Assembly: GCA_039026855.1 (NCBI GenBank)
Contig: JBCCLL010000007.1
Coordinates: forward strand, 780 to 64,779
Direction of reading: 5' to 3'
Length of the DNA: 64,000 bases
Source of the DNA: Pseudomonadota bacterium
GTDB taxonomy: Bacteria > Pseudomonadota > Alphaproteobacteria > Rhodobacterales > Rhodobacteraceae
Shown in pieces: positions 30,402 to 43,793 of the stretch. The first letter of the stretch is position 1; each line of letters begins with the position of its first letter. The position numbers were made by a program, and so were the translations under genes. The notes under the pieces are model-generated. The model did not search any database. It was not told where the DNA came from and saw nothing but the letters and a program-made list of their open reading frames with translations.

Positions 30402-31318
30402 TCTATACCCCCTCCGCCGAAGTCGCCGCCGCACAGTCCGATGGCACCCCCATCGTGGCGCTGGAAAGCACCATCATCACCCACGGCATGCCGTGGCCGC
30501 AAAACCTGGATGTCGCCCGGCAGGTGGAAAACGATGTGCGCACACATGGCGCAGTGCCGGCCACCATGGCCGTGATCAACGGCACCCTGCACGCAGGGCT
30601 AAACGACGATCAACTCGAAGCGCTGGCGCAAGCCAAAAACGTGGCCAAGCTGAGCCGCGCCGATATGGCAGCCTACATGGCGTCGAGCGGAACTGGGGCC
30701 ACAACCGTGGCCGCCACCATGATCGCCGCGCACGCGGCAGGCATTGCCGTTTTTGCCACCGGCGGCATAGGCGGCGTGCATCAGGGGGCCGAAAACAGCT
30801 TTGACATTTCCGCCGACCTGATTGAGCTCGCGCAAACCCCCGTCACCGTTGTCGCCGCGGGCGCCAAGGCGATCCTCGACATCCCCAAAACGCTCGAGGT
30901 GCTGGAAACCCAAGGCGTGCCCGTAATCGCCTACGGCCAGGACGACATGCCCGCCTTTTGGTCGCGCAGTGCGGGGCTCAAAGCGCCGTTGCGCATGGAC
31001 AGCGCCGCCGAAATCGCCGCAGCCCACCGGATGCGCGCCGCGCTCGGGCTGGCAGGCGGCCAACTGGTGGCCAACCCGATCCCCGCGGACGATGAGATTG
31101 ACCGCGCCACCCTCGCCCCGATCATCGCCCGCGCCACCGCCGATGCGCAGGCGCACGGTATTGCCGGCAAAGGCGTCACGCCGTACCTCTTGCAACGCAT
31201 CTTTGAACTGACCGACGGCCGTTCACTGACCGCCAATATCGCCCTGGTGCGCAACAACGCCCGGCTGGCCGCGGAAATAGCCGTGCAAATGAGCAAGGCG
31301 CCCGATAACGGTGGCTGA
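30398..31318 (+). CDS. psuG: Pseudouridine-5'-phosphate glycosidase
   Basis: VALESTIITHGMP, ATTVAATM, FATGGIGGVH, DISADL, GAKAILD, GKGVTPYLL. Confidence 0.95.
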   Translation: MIYTPSAEVAAAQSDGTPIVALESTIITHGMPWPQNLDVARQVENDVRTHGAVPATMAVINGTLHAGLNDDQLEALAQAKNVAKLSRADMAAYMASSGTGATTVAATMIAAHAAGIAVFATGGIGGVHQGAENSFDISADLIELAQTPVTVVAAGAKAILDIPKTLEVLETQGVPVIAYGQDDMPAFWSRSAGLKAPLRMDSAAEIAAAHRMRAALGLAGGQLVANPIPADDEIDRATLAPIIARATADAQAHGIAGKGVTPYLLQRIFELTDGRSLTANIALVRNNARLAAEIAVQMSKAPDNGG

Positions 31319-31389
31319 CCGGGCAGAGGCCATTGTCCTTATCGGCCCCCTCGCCTAACTAGGCGCATAAGGTTTTTATTCGGACGCTG

Positions 31390-32148
31390 ATGAACACGCC
31401 CTTTGATCCTGAACCGCCCAGCCGGCCGAGCCTGTTTTCAAGGCTCCGGGCGTCTTTCCTAACCGGGCTGGTGGTGATCGCGCCGGTGGGCCTGACCATC
31501 TGGTTGATTTGGACGGTAATCGGCTGGGTCGACGATATCGTTTGGCCGCTGGTGCCGGACCCGTGGCACCCCGACCGCATCGTGAACTACTGGCTCGGCA
31601 TCCCGGAATTCATCGATCCCGCAGGCGAGGTGCGCAACCGCGACTGGATCGAGGTGAACGTGCGCGGCGTCGGCGTCATCATCTTTTTGCTGTTCACAAT
31701 TATCGTCGGCTGGATCGCCAAAGGGTATCTGGGCCGCTCGTTCATCCGCTGGACCGAAGGGCTGGTCGAACGCACCCCTGTGGTGCGCTCGATCTATTCG
31801 GGGATCAAGCAGATCTCCGAGACGGTTTTTGCCCAATCCGAACGGTCGTTTGAACAGGCCTGTCTGATCGAATATCCGCGCCGCGGCATCTGGGCCATCG
31901 GCTTTATCTCGACCACTGCCAAAGGTGAGGTTAGCGCCCGCGCCGGCGCAAATGACGGGCTGCTGAGCATCTTTGTGCCCACGACGCCCAACCCGACATC
32001 GGGGTTTTTGCTGTTCTTTCCCGAAGAGGATGTGATCGCGCTCGACATGAGCGTCGAAGACGCCGCCAAGCTGGTGATTTCTGCTGGCCTCGTCTACCCC
32101 AACGGCAAAGATCCGACGACGCCACCGCATAAGAAAGCGGCCGAGTAA
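31390..32148 (+). CDS. DUF502 family membrane protein
   Basis: FLTGLVVIAP..LT, PVVRSIY..IKQ, IEYPRRG.W.IGF, FVPTTPNPTSGFL. Confidence 0.92.
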   Translation: MNTPFDPEPPSRPSLFSRLRASFLTGLVVIAPVGLTIWLIWTVIGWVDDIVWPLVPDPWHPDRIVNYWLGIPEFIDPAGEVRNRDWIEVNVRGVGVIIFLLFTIIVGWIAKGYLGRSFIRWTEGLVERTPVVRSIYSGIKQISETVFAQSERSFEQACLIEYPRRGIWAIGFISTTAKGEVSARAGANDGLLSIFVPTTPNPTSGFLLFFPEEDVIALDMSVEDAAKLVISAGLVYPNGKDPTTPPHKKAAE

Positions 32149-32198
32149 CCGCGTCACGCGTTGGCAGGCACTGGGTCGGTAGATCAGCACAACTCACC

Positions 32199-32227
32199 AA
32201 AAAAAACGCCAGCGCGAAGCTGGCGTT
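32199..32227 (-). terminator. Rho-independent terminator of the sRNA candidate
   Basis: Minus strand CGCCAGC-TTCGC-GCTGGCG followed by T8. Confidence 0.8.
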
Positions 32228-32274
32228 AAGTTATTGAGGCAGGTTTCATACAGGCAAGAAACCTATCGAGCAGT
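32199..32274 (-). ncRNA. Candidate ~76-nt small RNA
   Basis: Minus-strand promoter TTGGAC...TATAAC (32310-32281); 5' hairpin AGGTTTC/GAAACCT; ends in an intrinsic terminator; no ORF. Confidence 0.65.
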
Positions 32275-32389
32275 GCCACCGTTATACGCTGAGCCGCGCA
32301 AAGAGTCCAAGCTAAAAGTTTGATAATGCGTAAATGTCAGAACGCCGATAAGGTTAACAAAACAAGGGCTATTGAGGATTGTTGCCAAA

Positions 32390-34216
32390 ATGGAGCAGGA
32401 TTTTTTCCACCGCGCATGGCGCAAGATCGCGACTGGTTCGGCGATTCTCGCGGCGCTGTTGTGTGCAGGTCAGATGGCACAAGCAGAGCCATCCCATGGC
32501 ATAGCTATGTATGGCGCACCGTTGCTGCCACCAGATTTTGCGTCGCTGCCGCACGCGAATCCTGACGCCCCCAAGGGCGGTGCAATCACCTTGGCCAACA
32601 CGGGCAGTTTTGATTCGCTGAACCCCTATATCCAGAAGGGTAACGTGCCCTGGCAGCTGCGCTTTCTCACCCATGAAAGCCTGATGGGCCGTAGCCGTGC
32701 GGAACCATTTGCGCTTTACGGACTACTCGCCGAATCGATTGAAACCGACGATGCGCGCAGCTGGGTGGAGTTCACGTTGCGGGAAGAGGCGCAGTTTTCC
32801 GATGGCAGCCCGGTGACGGTTGAAGATGTGCTCTGGTCCTATGAAACGCTGGGCACCGAAGGCCACGGCCGCTACCGCAGCCTCTGGAGCCAGATCGAAA
32901 GCCTCGAACAAACCGGCCCGCGCAGCGTTCGGTTTACCTTCAACTCCAACAATCGCGAGCTGGCGCTGCTGGCAGGCATGCGCCCGATCCTGCAGAAAGC
33001 GCAGTGGGAAGGCCGCGATTTCGCCGCCGCCACCCTCAACGATATCCCCATCGGCTCGGGCCCCTATGTCGTGTCCGATTACGAGGGCGCACGCTTTGTC
33101 ACCCTGACCCGCAACCCCGACTACTGGGGCAACGACCTGCCGTTCCGGGCCGGCACGTTCAATTTCGATGAAATCACCATCGACTTTTACGGCGACGCCG
33201 ATGTGGTGCTTGAGGCGTTCAAAGCCGGCGAAATATCCGCCGTGCGCGAATTCAACGCCGAAAAGTGGGCCAGCGCCTACGACTTTCCCCGCGCCCAAAA
33301 CGGCGAGGTGCAAAAATCCGAAATTCCGCACCAGAAGCCGTCGGGCATCACCGGCTTTGTGATGAACACCCGCCGCGCGCCCTTTGACGATTGGCGCGTG
33401 CGCGAGGCGCTGATCACCGCGTTTAACTTTGAATTCATCAACGACACGCTCACCGGCGGCGCACAGCCGCGCATCACGTCCTATTTCTCCAATTCGCCTC
33501 TGGCGATGCAGCCGGGACCGGCCACGGGCCGCGTCGCCGAACTGCTTGAGCCGTTCAAGGCCACCCTGCTGCCCGGCACGCTCGAGGGGTATACCCTGCC
33601 CACATCTGACGGCAGCGCGCGCAACCGGGCGGGCTTGCGTCGTGCGCTGTCGCTGATGGAAGAGGCGGGCTGGACGCCCCAAAATGGCAAGCTGACCAAA
33701 GATCGTCAGGCCATGGCCTTCACCATTCTACTGGACCAGAACAACGCCGAACACCGCGCCATCGCGGACCTGTATATGCAAACACTCACGCAGCTTGGGA
33801 TCGACGTGACCGTTGATCTTGTCGACAACGCCCAGTTCACCGAACGCACCGGCACCTATGATTTCGACATGGCCTACCACCGCCGCGCCATGTCGCTCAG
33901 CCCCGGCAATGAACAGTATTTCTACTGGGGCTCCAAAGCCGCGGATGAGGACGGCACCCGCAACCTGATGGGCGCCAAAGACCCGGCCATCGACGCCATG
34001 ATCGACGCCATGCTGGGCGCGCGCACCCGTGACGAAAGCATCGCGGCCACCCGCGCGCTCGACCGGCTGCTGATCTCGGGGCGCTATGTGGTGCCTTTCT
34101 GGCAATTTACCTCGGGCCGCATCGCCCATGTCACACAGATGTCATATCCCGAGACCATACCGATCTATGGCGACGGCCCCGACTGGATGCCGCAATTCTG
34201 GTGGTACGAAGAGTAA
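32390..34216 (+). CDS. ABC transporter peptide-binding protein, family 5 (YejA-like)
   Basis: Signal peptide; HGIAMYG.P...PDF, NPDAPKGG, FDSLNPY, YGLLAESI, FSDGSPVT.EDV, SLSPGNEQ..YWGS. Confidence 0.92.
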   Translation: MEQDFFHRAWRKIATGSAILAALLCAGQMAQAEPSHGIAMYGAPLLPPDFASLPHANPDAPKGGAITLANTGSFDSLNPYIQKGNVPWQLRFLTHESLMGRSRAEPFALYGLLAESIETDDARSWVEFTLREEAQFSDGSPVTVEDVLWSYETLGTEGHGRYRSLWSQIESLEQTGPRSVRFTFNSNNRELALLAGMRPILQKAQWEGRDFAAATLNDIPIGSGPYVVSDYEGARFVTLTRNPDYWGNDLPFRAGTFNFDEITIDFYGDADVVLEAFKAGEISAVREFNAEKWASAYDFPRAQNGEVQKSEIPHQKPSGITGFVMNTRRAPFDDWRVREALITAFNFEFINDTLTGGAQPRITSYFSNSPLAMQPGPATGRVAELLEPFKATLLPGTLEGYTLPTSDGSARNRAGLRRALSLMEEAGWTPQNGKLTKDRQAMAFTILLDQNNAEHRAIADLYMQTLTQLGIDVTVDLVDNAQFTERTGTYDFDMAYHRRAMSLSPGNEQYFYWGSKAADEDGTRNLMGAKDPAIDAMIDAMLGARTRDESIAATRALDRLLISGRYVVPFWQFTSGRIAHVTQMSYPETIPIYGDGPDWMPQFWWYEE

Positions 34217-34219
34217 TCC

Positions 34220-34864
34220 ATGATCCAAAAATGTTGTGCCGAGGCGCTGGGAACAGCGTTCCTCCTGGTGGCTGTTATCGGCTCTGGCATCATGGGCGAA
34301 AGCTTGGCCGACGGAAACACGGCCGTTGCTCTGCTCGCCAATGCCATTGCCACGGGCTGTATGCTCTACGCGATCATCACCGTGCTTGGCCCGATCTCGG
34401 GCGCGCATTTCAATCCGGGCGTCACGCTCGCCTTTGCCCTGCGCGGGGATCACGAGTGGGGCGCTGTGGCGCCCTATGTGGCCGCGCAAGTGGCTGGCGG
34501 GGTGCTGGGCGTCTGGGCCACGCACCTGATGTTCGACCTGCCGGTTCTGCAACTCAGCGAGACGCTGCACCGCACCGGCCCTGCGCAGTGGTGGTCCGAG
34601 GTGCTGGCCACGTTCGGGCTGCTTTTTGTCATCTTCGGCGGGCTGCGCGCGCGCCCCGACGCGGTGCCGACGCTGGTGGCACTTTACATCACTGGCGCCT
34701 ATTTCTTCACCGCATCCACCAGCTTTGCCAACCCTGCCGTGACCCTCGCCCGTGGCTTCTCTGACACCTTTGCGGGCATCTATCCTTGGCACATTCCTGC
34801 ATTTATTCTCGCCCAAGTAGTGGGCGTTGGCATCGCCCATGTGATATTGCGCAGACTTTTCTGA
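34220..34864 (+). CDS. MIP/aquaporin family channel (AqpS-like)
   Basis: AE.LGT, ISGAHFNPGVT, TASTSFANPAVTLAR. Confidence 0.9.
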   Translation: MIQKCCAEALGTAFLLVAVIGSGIMGESLADGNTAVALLANAIATGCMLYAIITVLGPISGAHFNPGVTLAFALRGDHEWGAVAPYVAAQVAGGVLGVWATHLMFDLPVLQLSETLHRTGPAQWWSEVLATFGLLFVIFGGLRARPDAVPTLVALYITGAYFFTASTSFANPAVTLARGFSDTFAGIYPWHIPAFILAQVVGVGIAHVILRRLF

Positions 34865-34976
34865 AAATCCTTGCCATCACGGGGACGTGTTATATCTATT
34901 GGCGCGTCGAAATACTGGGGCTGCACAAACCCGGACGACAGACAGACCGACGACAAACCCATGGGGGGTATTTGAT

Positions 34977-35186
34977 ATGCGTTGGATTGACCTGACACGC
35001 GATTGGGCTGCCAGCTACCGCGCGCTGCGACAAGAGTTTCCGCAACTTGAACCCAGCGCGATGCCGTTTCTCAAGGGCGACCAGGACCGCTTTGAAAGCT
35101 ATCTCGCCGCCACGCACGACATGTCGCTGAGCGAGGCGCGCGATGCGTTTGACGCGTTTTTGAGCCGCCGTACCGAAAACGCCTGA
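34977..35186 (+). CDS. Small hypothetical protein (69 aa)
   Basis: MRWIDLTRDW...YLAATHDMSLSEARDAF; G-rich RBS; host-like codon usage. Confidence 0.7.
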   Translation: MRWIDLTRDWAASYRALRQEFPQLEPSAMPFLKGDQDRFESYLAATHDMSLSEARDAFDAFLSRRTENA

Positions 35187-35228
35187 ACCGCGCCTTCCGA
35201 CACGACTAAAGGCCATCGGGCGGCCCGC

Positions 35229-35855
35229 CTAACTGGTCAGCGATGTCACCCATAGGATTGTGGCATCTTCATCGCTGATCGACACCACATTGTGCCCCAT
35301 CGTGGCGTCGTAATAGGCGCTGTCGCCCCGGCGCATGTCCACGGGTTCGTAAAACTCGGTGAACAGCCGGATGACTCCGGTCAGCACGTACAAAAACTCT
35401 TCGCCGTCATGGCGCACCCAGCCGTCGAATTCGTCCATTGACCGCGCACGCACCCGCGCCCGGTAGGGCAGCATGTGCTTTTTGGTCAGCGTTTCGGACA
35501 GCAACTCGTGCTCATAGGTCACCGTCGCTTGCGCCGTGCCCTGCCCTGATTTGGTCACCGCCATGCGCCCGTTGATCTGGCCCTGCTGCGGCGGGGTAAA
35601 GAGCTGCGGCACGCTGATCTCAAGGCCAACGGCAAGCTTTTTCAGCGCGTCATATGTCGGCGACATCTGCCCGTTTTCGATTTTTGACAGGGTTGAGCGG
35701 GCCAGCCCCGCCTGCCCCGCTGCCTGTTCCAGCGTCCAGGCCCGCGCTTTGCGCAGTTCGCGCACACGCGCGCCCAGATCCAGTGGTTCCGCGGCCTCGT
35801 CCACGCCACCGGCGCGGGCAATCTCGATCAGCGATTTGGGGTCTTTGCCTTGCAT
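35229..35855 (-). CDS. XRE family regulator with C-terminal cupin
   Basis: WTLEQAAGQAGLARSTLSKIENGQMSPT HTH; HDGEEFLYVL, GDSAYYDA..GH cupin. Confidence 0.92.
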   Translation of the reverse strand: MQGKDPKSLIEIARAGGVDEAAEPLDLGARVRELRKARAWTLEQAAGQAGLARSTLSKIENGQMSPTYDALKKLAVGLEISVPQLFTPPQQGQINGRMAVTKSGQGTAQATVTYEHELLSETLTKKHMLPYRARVRARSMDEFDGWVRHDGEEFLYVLTGVIRLFTEFYEPVDMRRGDSAYYDATMGHNVVSISDEDATILWVTSLTS

Positions 35856-35931
35856 GAGCCTGTGTATATGTGCGCCCCCAACCGCTTGCAACGTCGCTTG
35901 CAACAAGGGCCAAGCCCCGCTAGCCAAGGGT

Positions 35932-37470
35932 ATGGCCCCGCGCACCATCAGCCTTTTTGACAGCGCCCCCGATCCGCCGTGCCCGGCGCCGTTCAACATG
36001 GCCGATTACGTGCTGGGTTGCGCCGCTGCGATGGGCGACAAAGCGGCCGTTATTGTGGTGGGCGGAGACACGTCGCAACGGCTCGACTACACCGATCTGC
36101 GTGCTGCGGTGTTGGGCACAGCCACGGGCCTTGTGCAGGCAGGTTTTGGTCCCGGCGACCGGGTGCTCTTGCGGCTGGGCAACAATCTGGACATGCCGCT
36201 TGCCTATCTGGGATGCATCGCGGCCGGGCTGGTGCCAGTGCTCACCTCGCCGTCGCTGACCGCACCAGAGGTGGCGCGCATCGTCGCCGACGTAAATCCT
36301 CGGCTGGTTCTGCGCGACCCCGATGTGCCGTCGGCCAGCGGGCCACCCGAACTGGGCCTGCATGCCCTGCGCAGCCTGCGCGAACTGCCACCTGCCGATC
36401 CTGACCTCGGCGATCCTGACCGCATGGGATACATCGTCTATACCTCCGGCACTTCGGGCGCGCCGCGGGCGGTGGCGCATGCCCACCGCGCGATCTGGGC
36501 GCGGCGCATGATGTTTGACGCCTGGTATGGGCTGCGCGCGGACGACGTGTTGCTGCATGCGGGCGCGTTCAACTGGACCTACACGCTGGGCACCGGGCTG
36601 ATGGACCCGTGGAGCGTGGGGGCGACCGCCCTGATCCCGGCCGCAAGCACGCCGGTGGAACGCATCGGTGACCTGCTTGCCGCGCACCACGCGACGCTTT
36701 TTGCTGCAGCACCGGGTGTCTATCGTCAAATGCTGTCGCGCAGCACTTTGCCGCCGCTGCCACGCCTGCGCCATGGGCTCAGCGCCGGGGAAAAGATGCC
36801 GCCCGCGCTGCACGCCGCCTGGAGCAAAGCCACTGGCACGGCGATCTACGAAGCATTTGGCATGTCCGAATGCTCCACATTCATTTCGTCCGCGCCCGCC
36901 ACGCCAGCGCCGCACGACACCATTGGCCGCCCGCAGCCTGGGCGCCGCGTTGCCATCCTCGGTCCCGACGGCGCGGTGCCCATCGGCGACACCGGCGTCA
37001 TCGCCGTGGACCGACGCGACCCCGGCCTGATGCTGGGCTATCTGAACGCGCAAACCGAAACCGATTTACGATTTCGCGGCGACTGGTTTGTCACCGGCGA
37101 CATCGGCACCATGGACGCGGATGGCTGCATCACCTATGCGGGCCGTGACGATGACATGATGAATGCCGGTGGCTTTCGCGTCTCACCGATCGAGGTAGAA
37201 CAGGCGCTGCTCAGCGTGCCCGGCCTCACCACCTGCGGCGCGGCCGAGGTGACCCTGGGCGCGGGCAAAAGCATCATCGTCCTGTTTTACACCGGACCCC
37301 AAGTGCTTGACGCGGAGGCGCTGAGCGCGCATGCCGCCACACGGCTCGCCCGCTACAAACAACCGCGCGCCTATGTCCACCTGCCGACCTTGCCCACAGG
37401 TCCCACCGGCAAACTGATGCGGCGGCATCTGGCGCGCCACTGGCCCAATGAACGGAGTCCCCTGCAATGA
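35932..37470 (+). CDS. AMP-binding acyl-CoA synthetase family protein
   Basis: VYTSGTSGAPRAV, SAGE, EAFGMSE, WFVTGD, GRDDDMMNAGGFRVSP.EVE, TGK. Confidence 0.9.
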   Translation: MAPRTISLFDSAPDPPCPAPFNMADYVLGCAAAMGDKAAVIVVGGDTSQRLDYTDLRAAVLGTATGLVQAGFGPGDRVLLRLGNNLDMPLAYLGCIAAGLVPVLTSPSLTAPEVARIVADVNPRLVLRDPDVPSASGPPELGLHALRSLRELPPADPDLGDPDRMGYIVYTSGTSGAPRAVAHAHRAIWARRMMFDAWYGLRADDVLLHAGAFNWTYTLGTGLMDPWSVGATALIPAASTPVERIGDLLAAHHATLFAAAPGVYRQMLSRSTLPPLPRLRHGLSAGEKMPPALHAAWSKATGTAIYEAFGMSECSTFISSAPATPAPHDTIGRPQPGRRVAILGPDGAVPIGDTGVIAVDRRDPGLMLGYLNAQTETDLRFRGDWFVTGDIGTMDADGCITYAGRDDDMMNAGGFRVSPIEVEQALLSVPGLTTCGAAEVTLGAGKSIIVLFYTGPQVLDAEALSAHAATRLARYKQPRAYVHLPTLPTGPTGKLMRRHLARHWPNERSPLQ

Positions 37471-38114
37471 CCGACGCGACCATCAAGCTCGACATCATGT
37501 CCGACCCGATCTGCCCGTGGTGCTACATCGGCAAAACCCATCTCGACCGCGCGCTTGAGGCGCATCCGCAGCATCCTTTTGTGATCGAATGGCATCCGTT
37601 CCAGCTGAACCCCGACATGCCCGCAAAAGGCATGGATCGCCGCGCCTATCTCGAAGGCAAGTTTGGCGGCAAAGAGGGGGCTGTCAAAGCCTACGCGCCC
37701 GTGGTCGAACACGCTGCGGCGGCCGGTCTCAAGATCGACTTCGAAGGGATGCAACGCACGCCCAACACGCTGGACGCGCACCGGCTGATCCACTGGGCCG
37801 GCGTCGAGGGCAAGCAAACCGCAGCGGTGTCAGCCCTGTTCCAGGCCTATTTTGTAGACGCGCGCGACATCGGTGATGCCGAAGTGCTGGCCGACGTCGC
37901 TGACACAATCGATATGGACGCCAGCGTGGTGTTGCGCCTGCTGGCATCAGATGCCGACCGCGACGACATCAAGGCGCGTGACGCGCACAGCCGCAAGATG
38001 GGGATCAGCTCTGTGCCCACGTTCATCGTGGCCGGGCAGCACGCCGTGCCCGGTGCACAACCGCCCGAACTATGGGCGCGCGTCATCGCCGAGCTGACCG
38101 GCGCAAACGCCTGA
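37467..38114 (+). CDS. DsbA family oxidoreductase (FrnE-like)
   Basis: SDPICPWCYIG, PFQLNPD, NTLDAHRL, GISSVPTF, GAQP. Confidence 0.93.
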   Translation: MTDATIKLDIMSDPICPWCYIGKTHLDRALEAHPQHPFVIEWHPFQLNPDMPAKGMDRRAYLEGKFGGKEGAVKAYAPVVEHAAAAGLKIDFEGMQRTPNTLDAHRLIHWAGVEGKQTAAVSALFQAYFVDARDIGDAEVLADVADTIDMDASVVLRLLASDADRDDIKARDAHSRKMGISSVPTFIVAGQHAVPGAQPPELWARVIAELTGANA

Positions 38115-38227
38115 GCGTTTTTTGGACCAAACACGAGAAATTCAACCGAAGGTCGTTGTGTTCCGCGTCAGGGCACGGCAATGTGGCGCGCATGCGCGTC
38201 AGATCGTCGACGCGAAAAGAGGTTAGC

Positions 38228-39435
38228 TTGCGCCCGCCACCCGGCCAGAACATCGGAGCCTTGGAATTCGTCACCCTGATGGCGATGATGTTTGGCACCA
38301 TTGCATTTTCCATCGACTCGCTGCTGCCTGCCTTGCCCCAGATCGCCAGCGATCTTTCGCTCGACAGCACTGCCACGGCAGCGTCGGTAATGATGGCGTT
38401 TATGGTCGGCATGGGTGCAGGGACGCTGGTGATGGGTCCTTTGTCGGATGCGGCGGGGCGCAAACCGCTGGTCTATATTGGGCTGACGATTTACGCGCTT
38501 GGCGCCTATCTGTGCTACATCGCCCCCAATTACGAAACGATGCTGGCGGCGCGGGTGCTGACGGGGCTGGGTGCCGCGGGTCCGCGCGTCGTGTCGCTGG
38601 CGATCATCCGCGACCTCTACGCCGGTCGCCAGATGGCCAGCATCATGTCGCTGACCATGATGGTGTTTTTGCTCTTTCCCGGCATTGCGCCGTTGATTGG
38701 CGCCATGATCGCAGACAGCTTTGGCTGGCGCGCAGTCTTTGGCGCCTATCTGATTTTTGGTCTGACCATGCTGTTCTGGTTCGGCCTGCGCGTCAGCGAA
38801 ACCCTGCCCGTCAGCAACCGTCGCCCCCTGCGCTGGGGCGCGATGGGTACTGCAGTGCGTGAGATCACCACGCATCGCACCGTGCGGCTGGCCGTTGCGG
38901 TGCAAGTCTTGATGATGACGGTGCTTTTGGCTGTGCTGACCATGGTGCAGCCGATCTTTGACCAGGTTTTTGGCCGCGCTGATACAATGCCGCTGTGGTT
39001 CGGCGCCATTGCAGTGACCTCGGGCGTGTCGAGCCTGCTGAACGCGCGGCTGGTGCTGCGGTTTGGCATGCGGCGCCTGATCACCTGGGCGCTCTTTGCG
39101 CAAATTCTCGCCTCGGGCGCATTTGTGCTGTACCTCACAGCCGATTTGCCAGGTGTTTTTGCGCTTTACGTCATCTGGCAATTCGGCGTGATGTTTCAGG
39201 GGGGGCTGACCGTGGCCAACCTCAACGCCATCGCGATGGAGCCGATGGGCCACATCGCCGGGATGGCGTCATCGGTGATGGCCGCACTGTCGACCATCAT
39301 CGCCGCCGCTGGCGCCATCGGGTTGGGCTATCTCTTTGACGGCACGCCGCGGCCGCTGATCCTGATTGTCTTTATGCTGTGCTGTGCGGCGGCCGCGCTG
39401 ATGATCCAGATGCGCCGCGAAGAGATGGCGGTGGC

Positions 39436-39439
<4 letters not shown>
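38228..39439 (+). CDS. MFS multidrug efflux transporter, Bcr/CflA family
   Basis: FSIDSLLPALPQI, GPLSD..GRKP, IIRDLY, IAPLIG, GWR, ETLP. TTG start after GAGG, start uncertain. Confidence 0.9.
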
Positions 39440-42927
<3,488 letters not shown>

Positions 42928-43004
42928 GCTCTGCCTGTGTCGAAGTACGGCTCAGTTGGCCCAAAACGGCGCCCTGTCAACCGCCAAACGTGCGCTCGCA
43001 AAGG

Positions 43005-43532
43005 TCAACTGCCAAAGGGACCCACGGTCAGGTTCTGATACATGCCCCACAGCGCGGTCACAAAGATCGACACCATGCCAACCAGCTGCACCATGGTCCG
43101 GTGCCGGCCCATCAGGGTCCATAAATCGGTGCCCGACGCGTCGCGATCCCGGATGCGCCGCGCCGTGGAGAGGTTCAGCGCCCCCACAAGGCTCATCGGC
43201 AAGCCAAGCAAAAACAGCGCCTGCGCAAATTCCACCCGGTAGACAAAGCCTAGAACCGCCAACGTCGACAGGGTGAAGCAAGTGATCGACAGCAGCGACA
43301 CGCCCAGCATGCCGCTGATGTACAACATCCGGTTGGTGTAGATGCGGACCAGATCCTCAAGGTCCTGCGCGGCCTCGTCGCCGTTCTTTTTGGCGCGCAC
43401 CACCATGTCATAGGGCACGCCAAGCACCCAGTGGCTGGCCGACGACCACACCACGGCCAACGCGATCCAGAACCACAGGTTCGAGAAAGAGCGCATGTCG
43501 ATCAGCTCGAAAATGGTGGTGTGCAGGTCCAA
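43005..43532 (-). CDS. Conserved Rhodobacteraceae membrane protein (often annotated 'component of SufBCD complex'; function unverified)
   Basis: IDMRSFSNLWFWI...HWVLGVPYDM; about 4 TM segments; GAGGG RBS; between mfd and hemB. Confidence 0.8.
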   Translation of the reverse strand: MDLHTTIFELIDMRSFSNLWFWIALAVVWSSASHWVLGVPYDMVVRAKKNGDEAAQDLEDLVRIYTNRMLYISGMLGVSLLSITCFTLSTLAVLGFVYRVEFAQALFLLGLPMSLVGALNLSTARRIRDRDASGTDLWTLMGRHRTMVQLVGMVSIFVTALWGMYQNLTVGPFGS

Positions 43533-43793
43533 TACGTGCCCTCATTGGTGCACCTATGCGCGGGCACCGTCGTGTTTGACGCCCTCTTAGCGCGCGTTGC
43601 GCACGGTGCCTAGGCTCTGCTGCGATGTTTCCGCGCCCGCTCGCGCCATAATCGCAACACGGCCTGTGTGCCTGGGGATACGAGAAGACAATGCCGCGCA
43701 CCGCATGCAGGGCGCCGCACCGTCGCCAACCCTTGGCAAGGCGCAGGATCCGTGGCACGCATAGACTGTCAACCAAACTGGACAATACGACCG

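Noticed and set aside
31359-31388. dif-like GGCGCATAA half-site
   Set aside because: The XerD arm (TTATG...) is missing.
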